NCBI GenBank assembly: GCA_041660605.1
Contig: JBAZWB010000001.1
Location: 686,503-750,502, forward strand
DNA: 64,000 bases
Source: Patescibacteria group bacterium
GTDB lineage: Bacteria > Patescibacteriota > Patescibacteriia > UBA10025 > JAHIVO01
Direction of reading: 5' to 3'
This document shows positions 50,106 through 57,882 of the stretch, in pieces. The translations under genes were made by a program, and so were the position numbers. The number at the start of each line of letters is the position of its first letter. Within the stretch, counting starts at the first letter, position 1. The notes under the pieces were generated by a model, which was not told where the DNA came from, did no database searches, and saw only the letters and a list, made by a program, of their open reading frames with translations.

Positions 50106-50867
50106 TTAATACCATTTAGCGGTGGCCAGTAAAAAGACACCTAAAGTAGCGCTGATTATAATATAAGTTCTTATATTTTGCTTATTTAAATTATTCCTTA
50201 AAAAATCCCTGGATAAATTCATCACCAAATAATAAATTATTGCCAGGAATAGCCCATTAAATAGAAAACTTGTCGGTAAAAAACTAAAGACAAAATAAGA
50301 TTCAGACATCAGGACGCCAACTAATAAAATAAAAAATTTGCTTTTTCGCCACTCAATTTTATATGACCACAACGTACGCATGTACAAAAAACCGGAAATT
50401 ACAAATACTACGATACTAAATAACCACGATGGCCAGTTCATGAATAATGACAACCCAAAAAAGCTGGCATAAAATAAAAATAAAATGACCATGTTAATGT
50501 AGCCATATAGATTTTCCAGTGCATATGGCTGATAGCTTTTATCCTGATTTAAAAATTTAAATAAATTTTTCAATACCAAAAAAAATAATATGCCAATCAG
50601 AAAAATAAAAACCTGCTGAATAACTATCGAGTCAATCAGAGTAAAAAATACCTGACTGCCGGCAACTAAAAAAAGTGGCGTTGAAAGAAAATTCCAGAAT
50701 AATTTACTTTTGAATTTTCTGCCAGTCAGCGACCAAATTGTCAAAACTATTATACAAACGTTAATTGAAACGATATAATAAAACAACCCGTGGCTGACTG
50801 ACCAGATTTCAAAAAATATTACTACCAGCAAACTGCTTAAATATGGGAGGAATCGGTTAAAAAACAT
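50106..50867 (-). CDS. polytopic membrane protein of unknown function
   Basis: 253 aa, ~7 TM. No motif recognised. Confidence 0.45.
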   Translation of the reverse strand: MFFNRFLPYLSSLLVVIFFEIWSVSHGLFYYIVSINVCIIVLTIWSLTGRKFKSKLFWNFLSTPLFLVAGSQVFFTLIDSIVIQQVFIFLIGILFFLVLKNLFKFLNQDKSYQPYALENLYGYINMVILFLFYASFFGLSLFMNWPSWLFSIVVFVISGFLYMRTLWSYKIEWRKSKFFILLVGVLMSESYFVFSFLPTSFLFNGLFLAIIYYLVMNLSRDFLRNNLNKQNIRTYIIISATLGVFLLATAKWY

Positions 50868-50870
50868 AAT

Positions 50871-51452
50871 TTATTTTTTTTCAGTGGTCTCTTTAGCGCC
50901 GCCATCGTTCACCCGGCGTAAAATATTTATAATTTCTTCGGCCGTAATATTCTTATCATCCCTATTCTCCTTCTGCAACTCGATGATAGTCTGCTGGATC
51001 CTTTCCGGATCCTTGATCCCGCTCAGCTCAATATTTGCTTGCGCGCCGGCCGTCTGCACAATAATGCTGCCGTAATGGTATAATGTCTGCATTACCCCTT
51101 TAATTCTGAAACTGACGTCCTGAATCTTATTGTAAGTGGTCTCAGAAACCGTCCGGTCAAAAAAACCGCGCTGGTCTATGTCTATTATCCTTTGGTTGGT
51201 TATGATAAAAACGTTGAATGAATAAACAATAAAAGTTCTCAAGGCAATCATAATTCCAAACACTGATATTGCCGCAAATACGAGCAAACCCCAATTTGAC
51301 CATTTCAAGAGTGGATACAAAAAGAAAAAAGGTGCTATAATAAATATCATTGACAGTAATATCCTGCCGAGAAAAACCAGCCAGAATTTTCTGATAACCG
51401 CCACTGGCTCCTCATTTTCCTTAAGATTTTTAATTAGTTTATCTTCAAACAT
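50871..51452 (-). CDS. bacterial PH-domain (bPH_2/YdbS-like) membrane protein
   Basis: 193 aa. Two N-terminal TM helices, then ITNQRIIDIDQRGFFDRTVSETTYNKIQDVSF...GSIIVQTAG, typical of DUF304/bPH_2. Confidence 0.6.
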   Translation of the reverse strand: MFEDKLIKNLKENEEPVAVIRKFWLVFLGRILLSMIFIIAPFFFLYPLLKWSNWGLLVFAAISVFGIMIALRTFIVYSFNVFIITNQRIIDIDQRGFFDRTVSETTYNKIQDVSFRIKGVMQTLYHYGSIIVQTAGAQANIELSGIKDPERIQQTIIELQKENRDDKNITAEEIINILRRVNDGGAKETTEKK

Positions 51453-51550
51453 ATATATTTATGAAACGAAAGAAGGTTATAAGGGTAATCTGGATTGTCA
51501 TAGTAATCATCGGCGTTTTAAGCATGGTGTTCTTCACGGTCCTGCCTGCT

Positions 51551-53368
51551 TTATCTTTTTAATATCGCCAAAAAAGCTTCCTGGGGTATCTCTACTTTTC
51601 CCATCTGCTTCATCCTTTTTTTCCCTTTTTTCTGTTTTTCCAATAATTTTCTCTTCCGGGAAACGTCGCCGCCATATAATTTTGCGGTGACGTCTTTTCT
51701 TAGCGGAGGGATCCGGCTGGAAGCGATAATCTTGCTGCCGATGGCCGCCTGAATTTTGACTTCAAAGAGCTGGCGGGGTAAAACGTCCTTTAATTTTTCC
51801 ACGATTTTTCGTCCGACCTGGAAGGCCTCATCAGTGTAAACAATGGTTGCCAGCGATTCAGCCGGTTCTTGCGCAACCAATACATCGAGCCTGATGACAT
51901 CGCAAGTGCGATATTCTAAAAATTGATAATTCATTGAGGCGTAGCCGGCACTGACACTCTTCAGTTTATCATAAAAATCCACTAAAATACTAGCTAACGG
52001 AAGATTGTAGTGCATGACCGCTTTTTGTTCATCCAGATACTCGGTATTAATGAATTCTGCCCGTTTCTCCTGGGCTAAGGTCATAACATTCCCTAAATAA
52101 GCCGTTGGCGTCACAATATCCAGGGTCACCCAGGGCTCAGTGATTTTTTCTGTGTGCATTTTTTCCGGCAGTTGCAGAGGGCTAGTGATGGTAATTTCCC
52201 TATTTATGAACGACTTATCCTTGCGGCGATACGACTGAAAACCGGCTTCGCTTAAAATCACTTTATAGGCGACTGAAGGCGCTGTTACAATCAAATGCAT
52301 GTTGTACTCGCGCGTCAATCTCTCCTGAAATATATCCAGATGCAAAATCCCTAAAAAACCGCAGCGAAAACCAAAACCCAGAGCTTCTGAATGGTCTGGC
52401 TCATAGATAATTGAAGAATCATTAAGCGTGATTTTTTCCAGTGCGTCCCGCAAGTGTGAAAAATCATCACCCTCTTTGCAGTAAATTCCCGCAAAAACCA
52501 TGGGCTTCAAAATTTTGTAGCCTGGCAGGGGTTGGCTTGCCGGCCGCTTCAATAAGGTAATAGTATCGCCTACTCTGGAATGCAAAACCTCCTTCAACCC
52601 TGTCAACAAATAGCCAATTTCCCCAGCTGAAAGTTTATCAGTTTCCTCCAGCATGGGCTTAAAAATTCCCACACCCAGACACTCGGTGTCTTTCTTGCTG
52701 CCCATAATAAGCAGCTTATCGCCTTTTTTTACTTCGCCATTCATTACCCTGCCGAAAGCCACAACTCCCTTAAATTCGTCAAAAAATGAATCAAAAATCA
52801 AAATCTGTAAAGGATTTTCCAGTTCGCCTGTCGGCGGGGGTACTTTTTTAATTACTGCCTGTAAAATTACTTTGACATTTTCCCCGGTTTTAGCGGAAAC
52901 AGTCAGGATATCGCTTTTTGAAACACCCAATAATTTTACTAAATCCTGCGTAACTTCCTCGACTTTCGCATTTGGCAGATCAATTTTATTTATTACCGGA
53001 ATAATTACTAAATCCTGCTCCATGGCCAGATAAAGATTGGCTAGAGTCTGGGCTTCAATTCCCTGGGTAGCATCTACCAGCAAAATAGCTCCCTCAACTG
53101 CGGCCAATGAGCGGGAAACTTCATAAGAAAAATCAACATGCCCAGGAGTGTCAATCAGATTCAGAATATATCCCTGGTATAGCATGCGGACGGGCTGCAA
53201 TTTTATAGTAATCCCCCGCTCCCTTTCCAGCTCCATCTGATCCAGCAGCTGATCTCGCATATCGCGCTTATTGACGGTTTCCGTAACTTCTAAAAACCGA
53301 TCAGCCAATGTGGACTTGCCATGGTCAATATGCGCGATGATGCAAAAATTTCGAATTTTATTAAACAT
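51551..53368 (-). CDS. lepA: translation elongation factor 4
   Basis: 605 aa. NFCIIAHIDHGKSTLADR (G1), DTPGHVDF (G3) and the LepA-specific C-terminal domain. Confidence 0.95.
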   Translation of the reverse strand: MFNKIRNFCIIAHIDHGKSTLADRFLEVTETVNKRDMRDQLLDQMELERERGITIKLQPVRMLYQGYILNLIDTPGHVDFSYEVSRSLAAVEGAILLVDATQGIEAQTLANLYLAMEQDLVIIPVINKIDLPNAKVEEVTQDLVKLLGVSKSDILTVSAKTGENVKVILQAVIKKVPPPTGELENPLQILIFDSFFDEFKGVVAFGRVMNGEVKKGDKLLIMGSKKDTECLGVGIFKPMLEETDKLSAGEIGYLLTGLKEVLHSRVGDTITLLKRPASQPLPGYKILKPMVFAGIYCKEGDDFSHLRDALEKITLNDSSIIYEPDHSEALGFGFRCGFLGILHLDIFQERLTREYNMHLIVTAPSVAYKVILSEAGFQSYRRKDKSFINREITITSPLQLPEKMHTEKITEPWVTLDIVTPTAYLGNVMTLAQEKRAEFINTEYLDEQKAVMHYNLPLASILVDFYDKLKSVSAGYASMNYQFLEYRTCDVIRLDVLVAQEPAESLATIVYTDEAFQVGRKIVEKLKDVLPRQLFEVKIQAAIGSKIIASSRIPPLRKDVTAKLYGGDVSRKRKLLEKQKKGKKRMKQMGKVEIPQEAFLAILKR

Positions 53369-53490
53369 AGAAAATAACGATGAATTCTGCGAAACGGATT
53401 ATATCAGCGACGACTTGCCCCGCATACTGCGACACTGAGCGAAGTCGAAGAGGAGCTGTTGTGCGGGGTGCAAAAATTTCGAATTTTATT
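53341..53490. repeat. perfect 22-bp direct repeat (tgcaaaaatttcgaattttatt) at 53341-53362 and 53469-53490, flanking a 106-bp segment
   Basis: Copy 1 encodes lepA codons 3-9 (minus strand). Copy 2, followed by cat, encodes a second start-like MNKIRNFC and overlaps the murJ stop. The intervening segment contains the CCCCGCA...TGCGGGG inverted repeat. Confidence 0.7.
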
Positions 53491-55201
53491 CATTATTTTT
53501 TTCCGGTTGGATATTTTTTGATTTTTTGTTGTTAAATAATTGATGCCTGGCTTTTAACAGCCAATTTACTATTATTTTTACTTCTTCACATTTGAATAAT
53601 AAGGCTAAGACTAAATAGCTGCAGATGCCGAAAATGCCTGCTCCCAAGCCCTGGATAAAAATACCAACGAAAGTCTGCATATTTACTCCCAACGCCAAAA
53701 AATATTTCGCGGCAATAACCAGCGCACCCATCATGGCAGAGATTACTACTATTTTCAGGGTAGAGATGATTATCCTCTTATCGTCCAAATTGCCTACTTT
53801 TGAGCGCAGGAATACAAGCAGCAATATCATATTTATAAAACTGGAGATCGTAAAAGATAAAGCCAGGCCCATGACGCCCAAAAATCTGGTAAATATCAAA
53901 GCGCCGATGATATTCATCGCCACGCTGACCAGAGCGACTTTTACCGGAGTTTTTGTATCCTGCCAGGCATAAAAAGAACGCGCTAATAAGGGAATGACGC
54001 TCTGGGCAAATAATGATAAAGAAAATATGCCCAGCGTTTGTGCGGTCAGATAAGTATCATTCCAGTCAAAAGCGCCAGTGCCCAGGATTACCCTGACCAG
54101 CTGGGCGCGCAGTAAAAGTATCAGTACGGAAATGGGAATTACCACGAATAAAATACGGCGAAAACTTTCTGAAAAGTGCTCAATAAAAACTTGGTTCTTT
54201 TTCTGCACAAAGGCTTCACTTAAAAAAGGAAAAGAGGCCACGGCCACGGACACTCCGAATACATTGATCGGAAAGCTTTGCAGATTATTGGCAAATGTAA
54301 AAATTGCCACCGAACCGGCGGCCAACGTGGAACCAATGATAACGCTGATCAGCTGATCAACCTGCCCGACTGCCAGACCAAAAGTCCTCGGCAGCATCAG
54401 CTTGCCGATATTTCTGACACCGGCGTGCTTGGTATCAAAAACAAATTTGTAACGAAAGCCCAATTTAATTGCGCCTGGCAGCTGGATTAGCAAATGAAGC
54501 AGCGAGCCAAGAACTACGCCATAGGCTAAACCATAAATTCCGTAATATTTTACAAAAACACTGATGCCCAGGATTAATCCAATATTATACATGACCGGCG
54601 CAAAGGCAAAATTGATGTACCTTTTGAATGAATTCAATACTCCGGTTAAAATATTGCTGATGCCGAAAAATACGATGGAGACAAGCATGATTCTGGTCAT
54701 TTTTACGGTAACAATCTGCTTCTGCATATCAAAACCTGGGGCAATCAGCGGGATGATTTGCGGAGCGAAAATAAAAAACAGGATTCCGAAAAAAACGAGT
54801 CCTATGAGTAAAATATTCAGTAATGAATTTACCAGATACCAAACTTCATTTTTTGCTTCCGGATTTTCCTTGGCTTTTTGTATGTACTGAATGAATATCG
54901 GGATGAATGCGGCGGAAAGCGCACCCAATACCAGCACATTAAAAACTAAATCCGGTATTCGAAAGGCGGCATAATAAATATCCAGCTCATTGCCCGCCCC
55001 GAATTTTGCTGCCAGCAACCTGTCCCGTATCAATCCTAGGAATCTGCTGCCAACAGATGAAGCGGCTATAATAATTGCACCGCCAGTTAAGGTGGTGGTT
55101 AATTTAAACCATATTTTTGACCACATAATGTGAAAATTATACCAACTTTTTGCGAAAAAAACAAGCCCACTATATATAAAAAAGTGTGTCGTAAAATGCA
55201 T
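53486..55201 (-). CDS. murJ: lipid II flippase MurJ (MviN)
   Basis: 571 aa. SRFLGLIRDRLLAAKFGAGNELDIYYAAFRIPDLVFN is the canonical MurJ N-terminus, plus 14 TM. The true start may be the internal Met at ~55126 (MWSKIW...). Confidence 0.85.
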   Translation of the reverse strand: MHFTTHFFIYSGLVFFAKSWYNFHIMWSKIWFKLTTTLTGGAIIIAASSVGSRFLGLIRDRLLAAKFGAGNELDIYYAAFRIPDLVFNVLVLGALSAAFIPIFIQYIQKAKENPEAKNEVWYLVNSLLNILLIGLVFFGILFFIFAPQIIPLIAPGFDMQKQIVTVKMTRIMLVSIVFFGISNILTGVLNSFKRYINFAFAPVMYNIGLILGISVFVKYYGIYGLAYGVVLGSLLHLLIQLPGAIKLGFRYKFVFDTKHAGVRNIGKLMLPRTFGLAVGQVDQLISVIIGSTLAAGSVAIFTFANNLQSFPINVFGVSVAVASFPFLSEAFVQKKNQVFIEHFSESFRRILFVVIPISVLILLLRAQLVRVILGTGAFDWNDTYLTAQTLGIFSLSLFAQSVIPLLARSFYAWQDTKTPVKVALVSVAMNIIGALIFTRFLGVMGLALSFTISSFINMILLLVFLRSKVGNLDDKRIIISTLKIVVISAMMGALVIAAKYFLALGVNMQTFVGIFIQGLGAGIFGICSYLVLALLFKCEEVKIIVNWLLKARHQLFNNKKSKNIQPEKNNE

Positions 55202-55299
55202 TAATAATTATTTTCAAATATTAAATCATCGCGAACCTTTTAATGCTTAAAAGTAAGCTTCAACTAAAAAAAATAAATCAGCATATCATTTCAACTCAC

Positions 55300-55580
55300 A
55301 CTTGTCATGGCAGCTTATGCCTGTCACCTCGACCGAAACCCCCGCCAAAGGCGGGGGCGAGTGGAGAGGTCTCTGTTATACACTATTAACGTTGTTAATT
55401 CTAAACCGAGACTTCTCCGTTCCCCCGTCAGATGACGGGGTCAGTCGAAGTGACGGACGTTATTGGATCGCAAACCACACCTAATTAACCACTTACGATT
55501 GTCATGTCGACCGAGTCATCCCGCCTGTGGCGGGAGGACGAGTGGAGACATCTCGGTTATATACCCACTCACGCTTGCCA
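55300..55580 (+). other. GC-rich structured non-coding region. It carries two copies of a ~60-nt motif, (TGTCAyyTCGACCGA-hairpin-CGAGTGGAGAnnTCTCnGTTATA) at 55322-55380 and 55501-55563, plus a third GC hairpin at 55423-55440. This is a candidate ncRNA or repeat element.
   Basis: In copy 1 versus copy 2 the stems are conserved and the loops differ: CCCCCGCC-aaa-GGCGGGGG versus CCCGCC-tgt-GGCGGG, and GAGA-gg-TCTC versus GAGA-ca-TCTC. The strand is undetermined. The track ORFs here (55302..55484 and 55463..55669) look non-coding. Confidence 0.35.
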
Positions 55581-56075
55581 TTAGGTGTCCTTTTATAAAT
55601 AAAAATGCCGAGGCTACAGGTTATAAGGTCCCGGGCCGAGGTAAACATTATATTTTACGGAAAGGATAGGAAACCACTTTTTAAAAAACGGGTTTCCTAC
55701 AATAAAAAAGCTGCCGGCTAAATATATATGGTCATGCAAATTTGTAAGTAGAAATCCTGAATAAATCCAGGATTGAGGAGAGAGATTTTACCCTGCTGAA
55801 AAGCAGAGCCCTGCTTACCAACCTGATTTCCTTAAATATTATAACCAACAGCTTTTTTATGCCAACCTATAAACACATGGTTAAATAGGTTAGCACCGCT
55901 AGGATATTCCTTGTTTTTTAGTTTGTCAAGTCTATTACCCAATCATTTCCCTTTTTCACTGCACAAGATGGTCTTATGCCGCGGAAAAGGGAGGCAGGCG
56001 ACAAATTGCTTATAAGCGACTGTCTTATACCTGCCTTTTGAACAATACTATTGCTCGACAATGCCGAGATAGATA

Positions 56076-56582
56076 CTACGTTTGAGGTGAGAAAGTTTGA
56101 GGTAAGCACGTTTCACGTTTTAACGTTTCCGGAGAAATACGAACAATAAATACTTGAAAGTTTTCATCGTCAAATAATAGATTAACATTTTCAAGCATAT
56201 CACTCGAAATTCCGGCTAAAAGCCAACTATCAAGCCAATACTCGCGAAACTTGAATTCCACAGTCGGAACAATCTTCGTGCTGTCCCGAACCATCCGAAT
56301 CTTTTTTTCGGGAATTAGCGTAACCACATAAACATCTGGTTTCGGTGACCACGTGAAGCGAATGCTCTTTTCGGTAGATACCTTCCCAGAGGCACTCCCA
56401 CATCCGAAAAAGAATCCTCCTTCAAATGAACCGTTGATAGAACTTTCACTGGGAAAAACGCGCAAATAATGTTCACCGAAAACTCCAGTAGGTTCAAGCA
56501 ATTCTCGATGAGTTGCACAACCAGTGATATTGATAGCCGCCATAATCACTATCAGCAATGCACACGCGTACCATTTCTTCAT
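56076..56582 (-). CDS. lipoprotein of unknown function
   Basis: 168 aa. Signal peptide plus lipobox (LIVIMAAINITGC). GGAGAA RBS 6 nt upstream. G+C-richer than the surrounding genome. Confidence 0.55.
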   Translation of the reverse strand: MKKWYACALLIVIMAAINITGCATHRELLEPTGVFGEHYLRVFPSESSINGSFEGGFFFGCGSASGKVSTEKSIRFTWSPKPDVYVVTLIPEKKIRMVRDSTKIVPTVEFKFREYWLDSWLLAGISSDMLENVNLLFDDENFQVFIVRISPETLKRETCLPQTFSPQT

Positions 56583-56636
56583 GATATTCTCCTGAAATAG
56601 GGTTAATGTTATGAACTATTTTTCTTTTATCTCAAT
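56583..56636 (-). promoter_or_regulatory. sigma70-like promoter (copy 1 of a duplicated element): TTGAGA-17-ATAACA
   Basis: Minus-strand read: GATTGAGATAAAAGAAAAATAGTTCATAACAT..AGGAGAATATC-ATG. 20 of these nt are identical to copy 2 at 56885-56952. Confidence 0.35.
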
Positions 56637-56795
56637 CCGCCGTAGGTGTACTGGGATAAAAGAAAAGTTTCTCTTTTTCAACCCACGATAATTGATTTTC
56701 ATGGTCTGAAAAAGTGATGGGAGCCGAGAGAATAAAATGTTCATGAAGAACAAATGTTCTTTTGGCTCCCGAATCATCACTTTCGTCGACTGGTG

Positions 56796-56879
56796 TCAGC
56801 CGTTAATTAAGGCACAGATCATGGCGATGTTGCACGCCACTGATACTGTCCACAGCGCTGCCAGAGCCCGCTTACTCAT
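56796..56879 (-). CDS. 27-aa hydrophobic small ORF (MSKRALAALWTVSVACNIAMICALING)
   Basis: Found manually; below the track cut-off. Preceded by GGAGGGACAAGGAG RBS and by promoter copy 2, with the same spacing as the lipoprotein gene. Confidence 0.3.
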   Translation of the reverse strand: MSKRALAALWTVSVACNIAMICALING

Positions 56880-56884
56880 GTTGA

Positions 56885-56952
56885 CTCCTTGTCCCTCCTG
56901 GGACGGTTAAGTGATGATTGATTATTTATGTACCATTTTTCTTTTATCTCAA
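56885..56952 (-). promoter_or_regulatory. sigma70-like promoter (copy 2): TTGAGA-17-ATAAAT, upstream of the 27-aa sORF
   Basis: Minus-strand read: GATTGAGATAAAAGAAAAATGGTACATAAAT. The shared 20-mer atttttcttttatctcaatc is on the plus strand at 56618 and 56932. Confidence 0.35.
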
Positions 56953-57042
56953 TCGAGTATAACTCCATACCCGGCTGGCATAAAGGCAGGAAATAAATTT
57001 CCCTTTTTCAGTTCTGAAAAAAATTTTCAATCCTGGAAAAGA

Positions 57043-57077
57043 GTGAGAAGAATATTACTGTTGTAATATCTTCTCAC
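57043..57077 (-). terminator. rho-independent terminator downstream of the FHA gene
   Basis: 15-bp stem GTGAGAAGA(A)TATTAC / GTAATATCTTCTCAC with one bulge and a TGTT loop. Followed on the minus strand by TCTTTTCC. Confidence 0.4.
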
Positions 57078-57258
57078 ATAGCTGTTCAGTTCCACGGAGC
57101 CACCGTGATCGGCATTTCGATCCATGATAAGGGCTACCGTATTTGACCCTTGCGATTACTTAGAGCATCCTGCCTCCACCACAGGTTCATTATATGTCCA
57201 GGTCACTACGTGTCCTGGGGTTAATTCGACTTCTTTTTATCAGTCGACGGCCGCCCAA

Positions 57259-57552
57259 TTAAGCTGCAACCGCTATCTGATAATTGGCGATCTCAATCAC
57301 GTTGCCAACAGCCAGAACGTGATCAATGATCTGCTTATCATTCACAAAAGTACCATTTTTTGAATTCTGATCACGTATCATGTAATCAGTACCATTCCAG
57401 ACGATGACCGCATGCAGTCGGCTGACACCGCGCTGACTGAGCACCAGCCCGCACGTATCTAATCGGCCTACCGAGAACTCCTCATTAGGCCCTAGCGTAG
57501 GCAGCACAACCTTATCTAAGGTTATGCCACCGAGGTTTACAACAAGTCGCAT
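57259..57552 (-). CDS. FHA-domain protein (stand-alone forkhead-associated domain)
   Basis: The start was refined to the Met preceded by GGAGG (MRLVVNLGG...). FHA signature: SVGRLDTCGLVLSQRGVSRLHAVIVWNGTDYMIRDQNSKNGTFVND. Confidence 0.65.
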   Translation of the reverse strand: MRLVVNLGGITLDKVVLPTLGPNEEFSVGRLDTCGLVLSQRGVSRLHAVIVWNGTDYMIRDQNSKNGTFVNDKQIIDHVLAVGNVIEIANYQIAVAA

Positions 57553-57633
57553 GTTGCCTCCAAATATTCTTGGTTTAAATCTTGATTTAATCTCCTGAAT
57601 GTTCAAACTGCAGCAGATTGTGATTGGGGAATA

Positions 57634-57882
57634 TTAAGCCAATTCCATCTCCGTTCTAATACATCCCAGTATCAGGTAAAAGTACATGACACCGAAGATG
57701 ACATAGAGAGATGGCACAGCTATTAACCATACCAGTGTTAATGATCCGGCCGCGACATAGTAAATCCCATCTTGATAAAGGGAATATTTAAACGCATACC
57801 AGATTCCCTCACCATACTTATGGTATCCTACTGCCAGCCCAATAACGGCAAATAGCAGGATGTGCGGTAGAATGAAGTTCAT
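57634..57882 (-). CDS. small 2-TM membrane protein upstream of the FHA gene
   Basis: The start was refined to MNFILPHILLF..., which has GGAGG 6 nt upstream. Two hydrophobic helices. 82 aa. Confidence 0.45.
   Translation of the reverse strand: MNFILPHILLFAVIGLAVGYHKYGEGIWYAFKYSLYQDGIYYVAAGSLTLVWLIAVPSLYVIFGVMYFYLILGCIRTEMELA

Noticed and set aside
55339-55380. Integron attC site or sigma-54 promoter (TGGCAG-N5-GCCTG) interpretations of the paired motif
   Set aside because: GTTATAC violates the GTTRRRY core and no intI is present. The GG/GC spacing is off by 1-2 nt for RpoN.
55322-55563. Possible CRISPR array, suggested by the 'CGACCGAAAC' repeat-like ends
   Set aside because: Only two copies, with unequal lengths and a ~120-nt 'spacer' that is itself structured. 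No cas genes anywhere in the window.
55302-55669. Two overlapping plus-strand ORFs (60 and 68 aa) in the GC-rich structured region
   Set aside because: Proline/arginine/glycine-rich translations typical of GC-rich non-coding DNA. No RBS. They overlap the conserved-stem hairpins, so they are better explained as RNA or structural elements.
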